DNA of 64,000 nt from Dehalococcoidia bacterium (GCA_030612025.1 JAUWOR010000002.1:32001-96000), one strand, 5' to 3'; positions 18,248 through 29,847 are shown, counted from the first letter of the stretch. Made by a program: numbers and translations. Notes: generated from the letters alone by a model not told the origin.

Positions 18248-19194
18248 ATTCGCCAGTTTAGAAATCTCTCTGCTGATAAAGCAGCCGTGGCACCATCACC
18301 AGCAGCAGCTATTGCCTGCCTAGCTGAGTTATAGCGAACATCTCCAGCAGCTAATACTCCAGGTATTTCCGTTTCCATCACTTCATTAGTGATTAAATAT
18401 CCTCCCTTGTCCAGAGGCAAAACTCCCTTTAAATAGCTGGTGTTAGGCTCCAATCCAATGGCAACAAAAACACCCGCTATTGGCAATGTTGATATTGTAA
18501 CATCTTTTGTCTTTTTTAGCCTGAGCTGCCTGACTGCTCCCTCACCCTCAATTTGGGCTACTAGAGTATCCCAGATAAACTCTATTTTTGGTTCAACCAT
18601 AGCTTTTTCTCGGAGTATCTTGCTAGCTCTAAGCTGATTACGGCGGTGAATGACTAAAATCTTAGAAGCAAACTTACTCAAGTAAAGAGCCTCGGTGAGG
18701 GCCGCATCCCCACCTCCTATCACAGCCACTGCTTTATCTCGGAATAAAGGCCCATCACAAGTGGCACAATAAGAGACGCCTTTGCCCAAAAGCTCGGCTT
18801 CCCCGGGCACCATTAACTTGCGGAATTGCGAGCCAGAAGCAATAATCACTGACTCAGCAACAAATTTACCTTCACTGGTGCTAACCAGCTTATGTAGTTG
18901 GTTAGGCACTAAACTAGTGACCTCAGCAAGCAAAATTTGCAATCCGTAAGCCGTAGCTTGCTGATGCATGAGTTGCCCTAACTCAATGCCAGAAATCCCC
19001 TGGGGGAAACCAGGGTAATTCTCCACCCGATCAGCGTAAGTTATTTGACCACCTATCACCCCTCTTTCAATAAGTAAAGTATTAAGCTTTGACCTAGCAC
19101 AATATAAGCCAGCGGTAAGTCCAGCAGGCCCACCACCAATGATAATTACTTGATAATTCCTGTTGGGATTGATTCGCTGCCTCGTAGCTAACAT
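18238..19194 (-). CDS. trxB: Thioredoxin-disulfide reductase
   Basis: GGGPAGL, VENYPGF, GVSYCATCDG, GGGDAA and AAGD motifs. Start uncertain (19194 or 19230). Confidence 0.93.
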   Translation of the reverse strand: MLATRQRINPNRNYQVIIIGGGPAGLTAGLYCARSKLNTLLIERGVIGGQITYADRVENYPGFPQGISGIELGQLMHQQATAYGLQILLAEVTSLVPNQLHKLVSTSEGKFVAESVIIASGSQFRKLMVPGEAELLGKGVSYCATCDGPLFRDKAVAVIGGGDAALTEALYLSKFASKILVIHRRNQLRASKILREKAMVEPKIEFIWDTLVAQIEGEGAVRQLRLKKTKDVTISTLPIAGVFVAIGLEPNTSYLKGVLPLDKGGYLITNEVMETEIPGVLAAGDVRYNSARQAIAAAGDGATAALSAERFLNWRMSS

Positions 19195-19198
19195 TACT

Positions 19199-19654
19199 TT
19201 AACCTGTAGCTGCCCCTTCCCACCGGTCACAGTGTCCTCCCCACCTAGCTAGGACTTTACCATTAACCGAGATATGGAAATCCGTTTGGCTAACCTCAAA
19301 TCCTTTAAACTCTGTTTTGCAATTGTTAGTCCCCATCTCTTCATGTATTAACAAGGCAGCGCCAATAGCACCCATGCGCTCATGGTGAGGAGGGACAATA
19401 ATCTCCGTATCTAAAATCTCGCCAAGCGCCTTAATTATTCCCTGATTGAAAGCAACACCACCCTGGAATACCACTTGAGGCAGAATTTCCTTGCCTAAAG
19501 CAACGTTATTAAGATAGTTGCGCACCAATGCTTGGCATAAACCATAAAGGATGTCATCGGTTTTATGCCCCATCTGCTGCTTATGAATCATGTCTGATTC
19601 AGCAAATACAGTGCATCTTCCGGCGATGCGCACAGGCATTTTGCTCCTTAAAGC
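19199..19654 (-). pseudogene. C-terminal fragment of an acyl-CoA dehydratase activase (BadF/BadG/BcrA/BcrD ATPase family)
   Basis: ALRSKMPVRIAGRCTVFAESD...VVFQGGVAFNQG...MGAIGAAL. The N-terminal half (GIDVGS ATP-binding motif) is absent and an in-frame stop lies immediately upstream. Confidence 0.75.
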
Positions 19655-19691
19655 CTATTGATAATAGAACAAGGCTCGTGGAATAGCTACT

Positions 19692-20882
19692 TTAATCATG
19701 ACCACCTCGAAATTCTTGCTTAATTTTGCCTAGCATCTCAGGCTGGCTAAGTATGTCGACAACGGTCATTGCCATCGCCTTAGCGGCATCTAACAGCCCT
19801 TTATTTCCAGCTTCAGAGGCAGCAGCGGAGGCAAACTCTGGCGTATGCACTAATATCTCAGGAGAGGCAACGGCCACCATAGGATGTATGCTGGGCACTA
19901 CTTGGCTGACATTCCCCATATCTGTGCTGCCAAAGCCAAAAGAAGGGTCAAAAACATCCACATGGCGTCCCAGCGATTCCAGATTTTGGCGAAACAGTCG
20001 AGCCAAAGTAATATTATTTCTCAGAGGAGCATAAGTTTTTTCTCCCCAGCTATATTCCAACCTAGCTCCACTGGCTAAAGATGCTCCCTTAAAGCAGTTC
20101 AAGACCTTTTCTTTCAGCTCATCAAGGTAAGCATTATCCGGGGCACGTATCAGAAATTTAGCAGCACTATGGGCAGGAACTATGTTAGGTGCTTCACCAC
20201 CGTCAGTAATTATGCCATGAATGCGTGCTCCTCCCTTTATGTGCTGCCGCAACGAATTTATGCTGGTAAAGGCTAAAATCAGAGCTTCAAGAGCATTTAT
20301 ACCTTTGTAAGGTTGGGCAGCAGCATGAGCCGGCTTGCCAAAGAATTCTACACCTAAAGAAATGCAGGCAAGCGTCTGTGAGGTTGCCAAGTTGCGTGTA
20401 TTAGGATGTACCATCATAGCCACATCTATTTCTTCAAAGATACCTGCTTTCACCATATCTATCTTACCCCCAAGAACCTCTTCTCCTGGGGTACCTAAAA
20501 CTACAATACTACCTCCCAAGCTATCAATGGCAAGCTTACTAGCTACGCCGGCACCAACTGCTGAAGCAGCTATTATGTTATGTCCACAGCCATGTCCTAT
20601 TTTAGGTAAAGCATCATACTCAGCAAGCAAGGCAATCCTTGGTTTCTCTTGACCATACGTTGTCTGAAAGGCTGTGGCTAAACCAGCAATGCATTTTTGC
20701 ACCCGGAATCCATTATCTTCAAGGTAATTGATGAGCCAAGATGATGCTTTCTCCTCCTGGAAACCTAACTCAGGGTTATCGTGGATATTGAGACTCAACT
20801 GGGTAAGCTCTCGGCATTGTGCTTCCACTTTATTTCTTACCTTCGTTTTTAACCTCTTTATTTCCAATGCCTGAACCCCCAC
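19692..20882 (-). CDS. M20 family metallopeptidase/amidohydrolase
   Basis: HDNPELGFQE, EYDALP..GHGCGHN, GTPGEE and GSTDMGNVS motifs. Confidence 0.9.
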   Translation of the reverse strand: MGVQALEIKRLKTKVRNKVEAQCRELTQLSLNIHDNPELGFQEEKASSWLINYLEDNGFRVQKCIAGLATAFQTTYGQEKPRIALLAEYDALPKIGHGCGHNIIAASAVGAGVASKLAIDSLGGSIVVLGTPGEEVLGGKIDMVKAGIFEEIDVAMMVHPNTRNLATSQTLACISLGVEFFGKPAHAAAQPYKGINALEALILAFTSINSLRQHIKGGARIHGIITDGGEAPNIVPAHSAAKFLIRAPDNAYLDELKEKVLNCFKGASLASGARLEYSWGEKTYAPLRNNITLARLFRQNLESLGRHVDVFDPSFGFGSTDMGNVSQVVPSIHPMVAVASPEILVHTPEFASAAASEAGNKGLLDAAKAMAMTVVDILSQPEMLGKIKQEFRGGHD

Positions 20883-20890
20883 AAATAGCT

Positions 20891-20896
20891 ATTATA
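20891..20896 (-). promoter_or_regulatory. -10 box (TATAAT) 8 bp upstream of the M20 GTG start; leaderless transcript candidate
   Basis: attata at 20891-20896 reads TATAAT on the minus strand; no SD sequence between it and the start. Confidence 0.45.
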
Positions 20897-21155
20897 CTTC
20901 GATTTCAGCCTAGATTTCTAGGCGCTGCCCCTGGCTAACCATGAGAGATTGACATATCCAGCAGTTTACCCTTTCTCTGCTTGAAGAATCATATGGCACA
21001 AAATCAACCTCCTTGCATGACAAGAGATGCAATGTTATGCTTTTTAATATTGATGGCTTTTAATAGCTGAAATGCTTATTCGTTCACCTGCTGAAAGAAC
21101 TCATTCCCAGACACTACCTGGCAATAGCCAAAAGAATTGACTAAAGAGGTATGTT

Positions 21156-21476
21156 ATGTCAATAAAGAAAATTTCTAAGAGCGTAGAAGAGATTGAGAGC
21201 GAAGCTGAAAAAATACTTGAGGAAGCTAGAACCAAAGCTAATGAAATCATCCTTAAAGCTAAAGAGGAGGCAAAGGAAATTCTCTCTTCCCAGTTGCCAA
21301 TGGATGAAGTCAAAACAGAGTGCCAGGAGATTATACATAACGCCAAGGTAGAAGCCGATAAGAAAAGCAAGGATGCCGCGAACAAAGCTTCCGAAATTGA
21401 AATCACCTCTGATAAGAAAATAGAGGGAGTTGTCGAACGCATAGTGAATATCATCATCGGGGCGCAGTTGACGTGA
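21156..21476 (+). CDS. A/V-type ATP synthase subunit H (G-like peripheral stalk)
   Basis: Charged coiled coil (EAEKILEEARTKANEII); first gene of the ATPase operon. Confidence 0.75.
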   Translation: MSIKKISKSVEEIESEAEKILEEARTKANEIILKAKEEAKEILSSQLPMDEVKTECQEIIHNAKVEADKKSKDAANKASEIEITSDKKIEGVVERIVNIIIGAQLT

Positions 21477-23467
21477 AGCCTATAATCCTCAATACACCTG
21501 ACCCTATGGTCAAAGTGAGGGTGATGACCGCCAAGGATTACTCCAATAAAGCCCTCAAGACTTTACACAGAGCTGGTGTGCTCCATGTTGAGGAAAGTGA
21601 AGAGTTAAAGCCCATAGACAGGGAAGCCATTGAACATGAAAGAAGAGAAGTTGCTGAGTTATTAACAGACATTGAGGATGTATTGGTTTACATACCAAAA
21701 GGAGAGAAGATATCGCTGGGGGAGGATATTGAGGTTATATACACTAGACCTTTTAGCGAAACTGATAGTGAAGTCAGGCTACTATATACCAAGCTCAGCA
21801 ACATGCACCAGAGAGCCATTAAACTCGAGCAGGAGGCTGAAGAGCTAAAAGAAGTAAAGAGATATCTCAAACCCCTGGGACAGCAAGCAAACATTAGATT
21901 AAGAGACTTAAGTTTCTCTGGAAGTTACCTTTTTTCCAAGGTTTTTGTGCTCCCAAGTGAGACATACAAAATTCTATACCACAAGCTTGGAAATTACCTA
22001 TTTTGGGGCATGGTCGCCACAATAGAAAACGACACCATTCTCCATGTAATTGCTAAGGCCGAAGACCAAAAAATTATAGAATCCACAGTCAAGGATAACG
22101 GGGGCAAAATTCTGCCGATACCAGATGAGGATTTAACCCTGAAGGAATTCATGGGAGCGGCTGAGGGCAAAATTCACCGCCTAGAAGAGGAATTGGCAAA
22201 AATCAACGAGGAAATAGAATGCAAAACGAGAGAGAACTTGGAGAAGCTCATCCTTTTCAGAGAGGCACTATCAGCAGAAAATGAAAGGCTGTCAGTTTTA
22301 GAAAAAGCTTGCGAAGCGAAGTATGTGACACTAATCGAGGGGTGGATTCCAGAGAACAATGTTGAGGCTACAGTTTCCGAACTCAAAGAGAACATAGGCT
22401 ATGTGTTTATTGACACGAGGAAGCCAGAGCAAGTAGAAGAACCTCCTACTAAGATGAGGAACTTAACCGCGCTTAAGCCATTCCAGGTTATTGTAAATCT
22501 GTTTGGCATTCCCAAGTATAGGGAGTGGGATCCCACACCAATAATAGCTTACTCTTTTGCTTTTTTCTTTGGCCTTATGTTAGGTGATGTGATTTATGCT
22601 GTATGCCTCATACTGGTGACAAAATTTGCCCTGCGACGGTTTGTCGATGATCCAGAATCCGAAGGCTTTAAGCTATTTCAGCGGATATTTTATATAAGTT
22701 GCGGTGTTGCTCTAATTGTTGGTCTGCTCACTGGGACCTATCTAGGAGATTTCCATCAGCTTTTTGGAATTGAGAGTTTAGCACTTGCCAAAGGGATTGA
22801 AAATCTGCTTGGGGATTCCTTATCCTTCATAGTATTCGGCATAATAATAGGTCTTGTCCACGTAAATATAGCTCATGTAATAGCGCTCATTAAAGGCATA
22901 AAAGCAGGAAACAAAGCAGTAATACTAGGTAAAACTGGTTTATTCATACTTCAAATCGCCGGGATACCTTGGGTCATACACTTCCTCGGTATAGATATCC
23001 TTCTACTAAATGCACAAATATATCCTATCCTATTATACATTATGCTTCTGGGTATACTATTGATTGTTATCTCTTCTATCATGCAGCAGGGTGCTTTCTT
23101 AGGTAGCATTCTTTGGCTGTTTGATGTAACTGGTCTCTTGGGAGATATTATGTCGTATTGCCGGCTAGCAGGCGTAGGCTTAGCTACATATTACCTTGCC
23201 ATGACCTTTAATATGATGTCAGGTTTGATAGCCGGGATGATGCCTGCCGGGATGATGCGACTTGTCCTCGGTACCTTAATAGCAATCGTGGTTCTGCTTT
23301 TTGGGCATGTGCTTAACTTGCTACTCAGCGCCATCTGCTGTTTTGTCCACTCCCTCAGACTGTGCTTTGTAGAGTTTCTATTTAAGTTCTACGAAGGGGG
23401 TGGCAGAGAGTATAGTCCATTCCGGCTGAGGAAGCGAGCACTTGTGCCGGTCAAGGGAAAAGCTTAA
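21473..23467 (+). CDS. ntpI: A/V-type ATP synthase subunit I (a)
   Basis: EGWIP, PPT, DPT...FFFGLMLGD, DIMSYCRL and HSLRLCFVEF motifs. Confidence 0.92.
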   Translation: MKPIILNTPDPMVKVRVMTAKDYSNKALKTLHRAGVLHVEESEELKPIDREAIEHERREVAELLTDIEDVLVYIPKGEKISLGEDIEVIYTRPFSETDSEVRLLYTKLSNMHQRAIKLEQEAEELKEVKRYLKPLGQQANIRLRDLSFSGSYLFSKVFVLPSETYKILYHKLGNYLFWGMVATIENDTILHVIAKAEDQKIIESTVKDNGGKILPIPDEDLTLKEFMGAAEGKIHRLEEELAKINEEIECKTRENLEKLILFREALSAENERLSVLEKACEAKYVTLIEGWIPENNVEATVSELKENIGYVFIDTRKPEQVEEPPTKMRNLTALKPFQVIVNLFGIPKYREWDPTPIIAYSFAFFFGLMLGDVIYAVCLILVTKFALRRFVDDPESEGFKLFQRIFYISCGVALIVGLLTGTYLGDFHQLFGIESLALAKGIENLLGDSLSFIVFGIIIGLVHVNIAHVIALIKGIKAGNKAVILGKTGLFILQIAGIPWVIHFLGIDILLLNAQIYPILLYIMLLGILLIVISSIMQQGAFLGSILWLFDVTGLLGDIMSYCRLAGVGLATYYLAMTFNMMSGLIAGMMPAGMMRLVLGTLIAIVVLLFGHVLNLLLSAICCFVHSLRLCFVEFLFKFYEGGGREYSPFRLRKRALVPVKGKA

Positions 23468-23481
23468 AAAGGAGGGATAAA

Positions 23482-23961
23482 ATGCTAATTGAACCAACAT
23501 CGCTAGCAACTCTTGGTGGTGCCATAGCCTTAGGAGGGGGATTGATAGGGTCTTCGATAGGTATAGGCATTGCTGGGTCTGCCGCAGCAGCTACATTGAG
23601 TGAGGAGCCTGGACAGCTCAGGAATGTCATAGTGCTGGTATCTCTGCCAATGACACAAACTTTCTACGGGCTGATAATATTGATACTCATTCTAACAAGG
23701 GTGATCCCTAACCTCGCTGCTATGCCCGATGCCGGTGGCAGTGGTTTTGCTGTACTTGCTTGCGGCGTCATAGCTGCCTGTGCTGAATCATTCTCAGCAG
23801 CATATCAGGGCGTTATATGCGCTTCCGGTATTTCACTTCTGCCCATGACAAAGGGGCGAATACTAACTAACGCCGTGATGTTAGCTGTGTTTGTCGAGTT
23901 GTTAGGTGTCCTGGGACTAGTGTTTACTATAATGTCATTAACCATGTTAGGACTTTTTTAA
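23482..23961 (+). CDS. ntpK: A/V-type ATP synthase subunit K (c), four-helix, with Na+-binding signature
   Basis: Two hairpins: LPMTQTFYG, AYQG and FVELLG. Confidence 0.9.
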   Translation: MLIEPTSLATLGGAIALGGGLIGSSIGIGIAGSAAAATLSEEPGQLRNVIVLVSLPMTQTFYGLIILILILTRVIPNLAAMPDAGGSGFAVLACGVIAACAESFSAAYQGVICASGISLLPMTKGRILTNAVMLAVFVELLGVLGLVFTIMSLTMLGLF

Positions 23962-23974
23962 AGGGCTCTTAAAA

Positions 23975-24556
23975 ATGGAGAAAATAAGCGAGGCTGTTGT
24001 CAGCAAAGTAAGAATGGAGGCCCAGAATATAATAAAGGAGGCTGAGGAAAAGGCACAGGAGGAAAGAGAGAGGACCGGAAAGCAGCGAGAAGCAAAGCTA
24101 CAGGAAGAGAAGCGCAAAATGCTGGAAGAAGCTGAGGAAGAGGCTGCTAGAATCGTGGCTCAGGCTTCTATAAAAGCACGCCGGCAACTATCAAGCGCGA
24201 AAAGCGACGTAATCACTAAAATAATCGGCAAGGTAAAACAAGAGTTGTTTGAATTCTCAAGCGATGAAAACTATTTTCTGAACTTGCTTAAAGAAGCCAT
24301 AGATGGACTTGGTGCCGATAAAAGCAGGATTTACGTTTCTCCTAAAGATGTAAGCATGGTGCGCAAATTCCTTGAAAGGGATAAGGAATTAGCTAGCAAA
24401 ATAATGGAAGTCAAGGAGGATAATTTTCTAGGAGGAGTTATAGCCGAAGACATTGATGGGAAACTCCGAATAGATAATACTTATGAGACCAGGCTTGAAA
24501 TGTTACTACCAAAACTATTGCCTGAAATAAGCAAGGAGCTCTTCGAAGCAACATAG
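23975..24556 (+). CDS. ntpE: A/V-type ATP synthase subunit E
   Basis: Coiled coil plus LGGVIAE..DG..RIDNTYETRL. Confidence 0.88.
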   Translation: MEKISEAVVSKVRMEAQNIIKEAEEKAQEERERTGKQREAKLQEEKRKMLEEAEEEAARIVAQASIKARRQLSSAKSDVITKIIGKVKQELFEFSSDENYFLNLLKEAIDGLGADKSRIYVSPKDVSMVRKFLERDKELASKIMEVKEDNFLGGVIAEDIDGKLRIDNTYETRLEMLLPKLLPEISKELFEAT

Positions 24557-24564
24557 GAGGACTT

Positions 24565-25599
24565 TTGTCCTACGCAAAGTATGCCTTTATATCAGCTTAT
24601 CTAAAAGGTGAAGAACCTAAGGTTGTGACTTCTGACCATATAGATAGGATGTCGAAAGCATCCGATATTCAAGATGCATTGGAAACCATCAGAGAGACCG
24701 ATGTAGGAAGTTACCTTGAAGAATTAACTGTTAAAACCTTCGATGATGTAGATGAATACTTGTGGAGATATTTTGTAAAGCGGGTTAATTATATAGAATC
24801 ATTTAAGTTCCTGCCAGGCGATATACTGAAGGTATCGAGAGCATACATAGCAAAATACGATGTCCTAAACATTAAAGCCGCTTTACAGGGTATTTCAACG
24901 GGCAAGAAGAGTCGCATGATACCAGTGGGAATTATCCACAATAATGGCTTATTAGACGGACTTTCCACTGCTGAAAATACAGGGGACATTATTGAGTTAC
25001 TTGTCAGGTGCAAACTGGGGAATTATGTGCCGGCACTAGAAGGATATGAAGTAGCTGGAGGAGCGAAGTCAAAACTTCTAGCTGAAGCTAGATTAGACAG
25101 TGAATACTACAAAAGCATGTTAAACATGGCGAGAGGTATAAAAGATGGCTCTGTCCTTTCAAAAGCCTTTGGTCTCATTATAGACCTAACAAACTTACAA
25201 ATTGCCTCGAGGGCTATAATTGAGGGCATAGGATTAGACGCCGCCGAATGTACCATTCCCGGTGGATATATGATTACAGACAAAGCTATCAGGGACTTAT
25301 TATCCTCCAAGCTCACCGATATGCCCCAGAAAGTAGAGAATGCTCAATATCGGCGTGTGGCCGCAGAAGTATTAAATAGTTACGATAAGACTAAGAGCAT
25401 CACAGCCGTAGAGGAAATCATTGATAAGCATAAGTTCAGGGTGGTGAAGAAAATATTATCACCAAGGGTGTTATCCCCTTTGATGATGGCCTGGTATCTA
25501 ATCCTCAAAGAGTTTGAAATACGAAACTTGAGGCTAATCGTGAAAGCAATAGCTGATGATGTTCCCACAGAGGAAATAAAGATGTATTTGGCGTTCTGA
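24565..25599 (+). CDS. ntpC: A/V-type ATP synthase subunit C
   Basis: YDVLNIK, IDLTNL and KEFEIRNLRLI repeats; operon position. Confidence 0.85.
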   Translation: MSYAKYAFISAYLKGEEPKVVTSDHIDRMSKASDIQDALETIRETDVGSYLEELTVKTFDDVDEYLWRYFVKRVNYIESFKFLPGDILKVSRAYIAKYDVLNIKAALQGISTGKKSRMIPVGIIHNNGLLDGLSTAENTGDIIELLVRCKLGNYVPALEGYEVAGGAKSKLLAEARLDSEYYKSMLNMARGIKDGSVLSKAFGLIIDLTNLQIASRAIIEGIGLDAAECTIPGGYMITDKAIRDLLSSKLTDMPQKVENAQYRRVAAEVLNSYDKTKSITAVEEIIDKHKFRVVKKILSPRVLSPLMMAWYLILKEFEIRNLRLIVKAIADDVPTEEIKMYLAF

Positions 25600-25601
25600 A
25601 T

Positions 25602-25955
25602 ATGATAACGGTTAAACACCTAGACATAGCTGTTATAGGAGATGAAGATCTGGTCAGTGGATTGAGGCTGGCTGGCATCGGTAGATATTTCATGATAAAA
25701 GGCAACCATGATACCGACGAAGAGGTAAGGAAGGCTCTAAGTGAGTTGATAAACGAGCCCAATATTGGTGTAGTAGTGATACAGGAGGATTATGTAGAAT
25801 ATGTTAAGGACCTAGTGGCTCACGTTAGAGAAGGGCGGAAAATAACTCCCGTAATCATCGAGGCCCCATCAAAGTTTGGGACAAAATATAAGGATGTTGT
25901 CGGATATTACAAAACATTTATTAAAGCAGCTATAGGATTTGAGGTGGAAATATGA
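25602..25955 (+). CDS. ntpF: A/V-type ATP synthase subunit F
   Basis: IAVIGDEDLVSGLRLAGI...IKAAIG. Confidence 0.9.
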   Translation: MITVKHLDIAVIGDEDLVSGLRLAGIGRYFMIKGNHDTDEEVRKALSELINEPNIGVVVIQEDYVEYVKDLVAHVREGRKITPVIIEAPSKFGTKYKDVVGYYKTFIKAAIGFEVEI

Positions 25956-25957
25956 AA

Positions 25958-26022
25958 AAGCACCAAATACCAATATCCAAATCCCAAAATATTTGGAGCT
26001 TGGAATTTAGGATTTGAGATTT
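25958..26022. repeat. 7-nt periodic inverted-repeat element between ATPase subunits F and A
   Basis: aagcacc-aaatacc-aatatcc-aaatccc is mirrored by tttggag-cttggaa-tttagga-tttgaga. Confidence 0.65.
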
Positions 26023-26043
26023 AAGTTAGGGAGGTAGTGAACC

Positions 26044-27798
26044 ATGGGTAAAATATGGAGAGTTTCTGGTCCCCTAGTTATAGCTGATGACATGAAAGGC
26101 TCCCATGTTTATGAAATTGTTGAGATAGGGGAGGAAGGGCTCATAGGAGAGATAATAGGTCTGGAGGGAAATAAGGCCATAATACAAGCACATGAAGATA
26201 CTCTGGGATTAAAAACTGGCGAAGTAGTGAGAGGAACAGGAAGGATTTTGAGCGCCGAGTTAGGCCCGGGGCTGGTGGGCTCTATTTATGATGGGCTGCA
26301 AAAATCTTTGCTTACTCTGGCTGAGAGTACCGGCTCGTTTATAAAACGAGGTGCTAAAGCACTGGCACTTTCCCGGGACAAGAAGTGGCAGTTCACAGCT
26401 AAAGTCAAAGTTGGGGATACAATCAGTGAAGGGGATATAATAGGCACAGTCCCCGAGACTAACCTCATAGAACACAGAATAATGGTGCCTGTAGGAACCA
26501 AAGGCATAGTAAAGGAGATACGCACAGGCGACTATACCGTTGAGGAGCCTATAGCAAGGGTAGAGCATGATGGGGAAGTAAAAGAGCTCACGCTGATGCA
26601 AGAATGGCCAGTAAGAAAGCCCAGGCCCTATAAGCAGAGGCTCGACCCTTCAGGCTTGCTCACCACCGGCATGCGAATTCTGGATTATATGTTCCCTTTA
26701 GCTCTTGGTGGCAAAGCTTCCATACCAGGAGGCTTTGGCACTGGGAAGACCGTTGCTTTACAGCAGCTAGCGAGGTGGGCTCAGACGCATCTGAATATCT
26801 ACGTTGGCTGTGGTGAAAGAGGCAATGAGATGGCTGATGTACTTTATAGCTTTAGAAAGCTTAAGGAACCTAACACGGGAAGACTACTACAGGAGAAGGA
26901 AATATTCATAGCTAACACTTCTAACATGCCGGTTGTGGCTAGGGAAGCAAGCATCTTTGTCGGTATTACTATGGCTGAATACTTCAGAGATATGGGTTAC
27001 GATGTTTTGCTGGTTGCCGATTCAACTTCGAGATGGGCTGAAGCTATGAGGGAAATGGGCGGCAGGCTGGAGGAAATGCCAGGGGAGGAGGGTTTCCCTT
27101 CATATCTGGGTTCACGGCTTTCCTCTTTCTATGAAAGGGCAGGAATGGTTGAATGCTTAGGCAGCCCCAAAAGGAAAGGGTCGGTAACAGTAGCTGGCGC
27201 TGTAAGTCCTCCCGGGGCTGACTTCAGTGAACCAGTAACTCAGAATACGATTAGAATAATAGATGCTTTATACGCCTTAGATGTTTCCCTGGCGAACAAG
27301 AGACATTTCCCAGCGATAAGCTGGCTCACTAGCTATAGCCTCTATGTGGATGCAGTTAAAGATTGGTGGGAAAAGGTTGACCCAGGGTGGGATAATACCA
27401 GGGCTACCGCTTTGAGGATACTGCAACAAGAGGCTGAGTTGGAGGAAATTGTAAGACTTGTAGGTCCTGAAGCTTTACCTGAGGATGACAAACTATTGCT
27501 GCTTACCTCCAGGATGATACGTGAGGACTTTCTCCAGCAAAGTGCTTATCACGAAGTTGATACCTATTGCGTGCCAGCTAAGGCTGGCCTTATGCTTAAA
27601 ACCATCATAAAGTTTTATGAACTAGCTCAGGATATGTTGAATTCGGGACTAGGTATTGAGGAGGTTCGTTCATCTCCGATAGTGTATCGGATATCAAGGA
27701 TGAAAGAGATACCCAATGATACCTTTGAACAAAAAGCCAAGGAACTATGGTCCGAAATGGAAAAAAGCTTAGTAGCTCGCAAAGGAGGAATCTCATGA
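26044..27798 (+). CDS. ntpA: A/V-type ATP synthase subunit A
   Basis: [38 protein letters not shown] and EMPGEEGFP motifs. Confidence 0.97.
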   Translation: MGKIWRVSGPLVIADDMKGSHVYEIVEIGEEGLIGEIIGLEGNKAIIQAHEDTLGLKTGEVVRGTGRILSAELGPGLVGSIYDGLQKSLLTLAESTGSFIKRGAKALALSRDKKWQFTAKVKVGDTISEGDIIGTVPETNLIEHRIMVPVGTKGIVKEIRTGDYTVEEPIARVEHDGEVKELTLMQEWPVRKPRPYKQRLDPSGLLTTGMRILDYMFPLALGGKASIPGGFGTGKTVALQQLARWAQTHLNIYVGCGERGNEMADVLYSFRKLKEPNTGRLLQEKEIFIANTSNMPVVAREASIFVGITMAEYFRDMGYDVLLVADSTSRWAEAMREMGGRLEEMPGEEGFPSYLGSRLSSFYERAGMVECLGSPKRKGSVTVAGAVSPPGADFSEPVTQNTIRIIDALYALDVSLANKRHFPAISWLTSYSLYVDAVKDWWEKVDPGWDNTRATALRILQQEAELEEIVRLVGPEALPEDDKLLLLTSRMIREDFLQQSAYHEVDTYCVPAKAGLMLKTIIKFYELAQDMLNSGLGIEEVRSSPIVYRISRMKEIPNDTFEQKAKELWSEMEKSLVARKGGIS

Positions 27799-29198
27799 AT
27801 ATCTCTTCGCTCTACGTCAAAGAGGGAAGAGCAATCAACAAGGCCAAAGGAGCTTTGATCATAGCTGAAAGCATCCCGGGCATAAAATTTAATGAGATAG
27901 TTGATGTTCAGCTTAGCAGTGGTGAGATAAAAACTGGTCAAGCAATAGACATCAGTGAGGAGGCAACTATAGTTCAGGTATTTGGTGGAGTCAGCGAAGT
28001 AGACCTTATTGGGAGCAAAGTAAGGTGCAAAGGCGAGACTCTAAAACTGCCGGTATCTATAGACATCTTAGGAAGAATCTTTAATGGGATGGGAGAACCT
28101 ATAGATGGAGCTCCACCCATAATTCCAGAAGACTACTTGGATATTAACGGACAGCCTATAAACCCTGCATCTCGCCAGCCACCATCCGAGTTTATTGAAA
28201 CAGGTATATCGGCAATAGATGGCTTAAATAGCTTGGTTAGAGGACAGAAATTGCCCATATTTAGCGGTTCAGGTCTGCCGCACAACCGAATTGCGGCTCA
28301 AATAATCAGGCAAGCCACGGTAAAAGGTGAAGAGGAAAGATTCGCTTTAGTGTTCGGAGCCATTGGTGTAAGCTATGACGATGCTTCCTTCTTCATGAGG
28401 AATCTTGAGAGGACAGGCGCTCTGGAGAGAACAGTGGCCTTCATCAACACTGCGTCAGATCCCGTTATAGAGCGAATATCAACGCCAAGGTTGGCTTTAA
28501 CCGCAGCCGCGTACCTGGCATGGAAACAAGATATGCATGTACTGGTTGTACTTACTGACATGACTAATTATTGCGAGGCTCTTCGTGAGCTCTCCTCCAT
28601 GCGTGAAGAAATACCCTCAAGAAGAGGATACCCAGGATATATGTATACCGACCTGGCTACAATGTATGAAAGAGCCGGTAGGATTTTTGGTAAAGAAGGC
28701 TCAGTAACTATAATGCCCATTCTGACCATGCCCGATGATGATATAACACATCCCATACCCGACCTTACTGGCTATATAACCGAAGGGCAAATTGTGCTTT
28801 CCCGAACTCTGGAAAGAAAGGGAATATACCCGCCGATAGATGTATTCCTGTCCCTTTCACGGATGATGAAAGAAGGAATTGGTCCCGGTAAGACCAGGGA
28901 GGATCATAACAATGTCTTCATGCAATCATATGCTGCTTATTCTGAAGGATGTTACCTCAGGGAAATATCAACCATCATAGGTGCTGAGGCGTTAGGTGAA
29001 AGGGATAAAATATATTTAGCGAATGCAGATGAGTTTGAGAGGAAATTCATATCTCAGGGCGAGTTTGAAAAAAGAAAAGTAGCAGACACCTTAGATATAG
29101 CTTGGAGGCTATTTTCGGCATTGCCTGAAGAAGACCTAAAGCTAATTAGTGAGAAATTCATCAAAGGGTATCTTCCAAAGTACTCAAGAAAGACTTAA
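27795..29198 (+). CDS. ntpB: A/V-type ATP synthase subunit B
   Basis: [28 protein letters not shown] and [15 protein letters not shown] motifs. ATG 27795 follows aggagg. Confidence 0.97.
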   Translation: MNISSLYVKEGRAINKAKGALIIAESIPGIKFNEIVDVQLSSGEIKTGQAIDISEEATIVQVFGGVSEVDLIGSKVRCKGETLKLPVSIDILGRIFNGMGEPIDGAPPIIPEDYLDINGQPINPASRQPPSEFIETGISAIDGLNSLVRGQKLPIFSGSGLPHNRIAAQIIRQATVKGEEERFALVFGAIGVSYDDASFFMRNLERTGALERTVAFINTASDPVIERISTPRLALTAAAYLAWKQDMHVLVVLTDMTNYCEALRELSSMREEIPSRRGYPGYMYTDLATMYERAGRIFGKEGSVTIMPILTMPDDDITHPIPDLTGYITEGQIVLSRTLERKGIYPPIDVFLSLSRMMKEGIGPGKTREDHNNVFMQSYAAYSEGCYLREISTIIGAEALGERDKIYLANADEFERKFISQGEFEKRKVADTLDIAWRLFSALPEEDLKLISEKFIKGYLPKYSRKT

Positions 29199-29210
29199 GC
29201 GTGAGCAAAA

Positions 29211-29843
29211 ATGCCACAGCAATTAATCAAAGTTAGACCGACAAAAATTGAGCTGGTAAAACTGAAGCGCAGGCTTAAATTGGCTCAAAGAGTACAAAAA
29301 ATAGTCAAGGATAGGCTTTCAATATTAACCATGGAATTCTTGCAGACAGCGAGAGAGACAGTAGAGGCTAAAAGAAAGCTAGTTGATGCCTTCTCCGAGG
29401 CTTATAAGGCACTATCATTTGCCACTGGGTATCATGGATACATAGCGCTGGAAAAGGAATTAATAGCAACTGAAGCTGATCCTAAAGTCGCTGCTGGCTC
29501 AAGAAATATAGCCGGGGTGAGAATCCCCTCTTTTGAGCTAAGGGGCAATGGAAAGCCAATGAGAGGGTATAACCTGGTTGATACCTCTTCATGGTTAGAT
29601 CACTCAGCCCAACTAGCTGGAAAATGCCTTGAAGCTACCATAGAAATAGCTGAACTCCAGAGGAGCCTTGAATTATTGGGAATGGAAATAAAAAGGACGA
29701 AAAGGATAACCAATGCTTTAGAATATATGATAATCCCCGGGCTTCAGGCGACGATAAAATACTTGAATATGAAGTTTGAGGAAAGGGATAGAGAAGAGAA
29801 GGGACGGCTAAAACGTGTGAAGGTGCTGGTTGCGCGAGGATAG
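29211..29843 (+). CDS. ntpD: A/V-type ATP synthase subunit D
   Basis: RPTKIEL..LKRRL and EIKRTKRITNALEY..IP motifs. Confidence 0.93.
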   Translation: MPQQLIKVRPTKIELVKLKRRLKLAQRVQKIVKDRLSILTMEFLQTARETVEAKRKLVDAFSEAYKALSFATGYHGYIALEKELIATEADPKVAAGSRNIAGVRIPSFELRGNGKPMRGYNLVDTSSWLDHSAQLAGKCLEATIEIAELQRSLELLGMEIKRTKRITNALEYMIIPGLQATIKYLNMKFEERDREEKGRLKRVKVLVARG

Positions 29844-29847
29844 GAGG

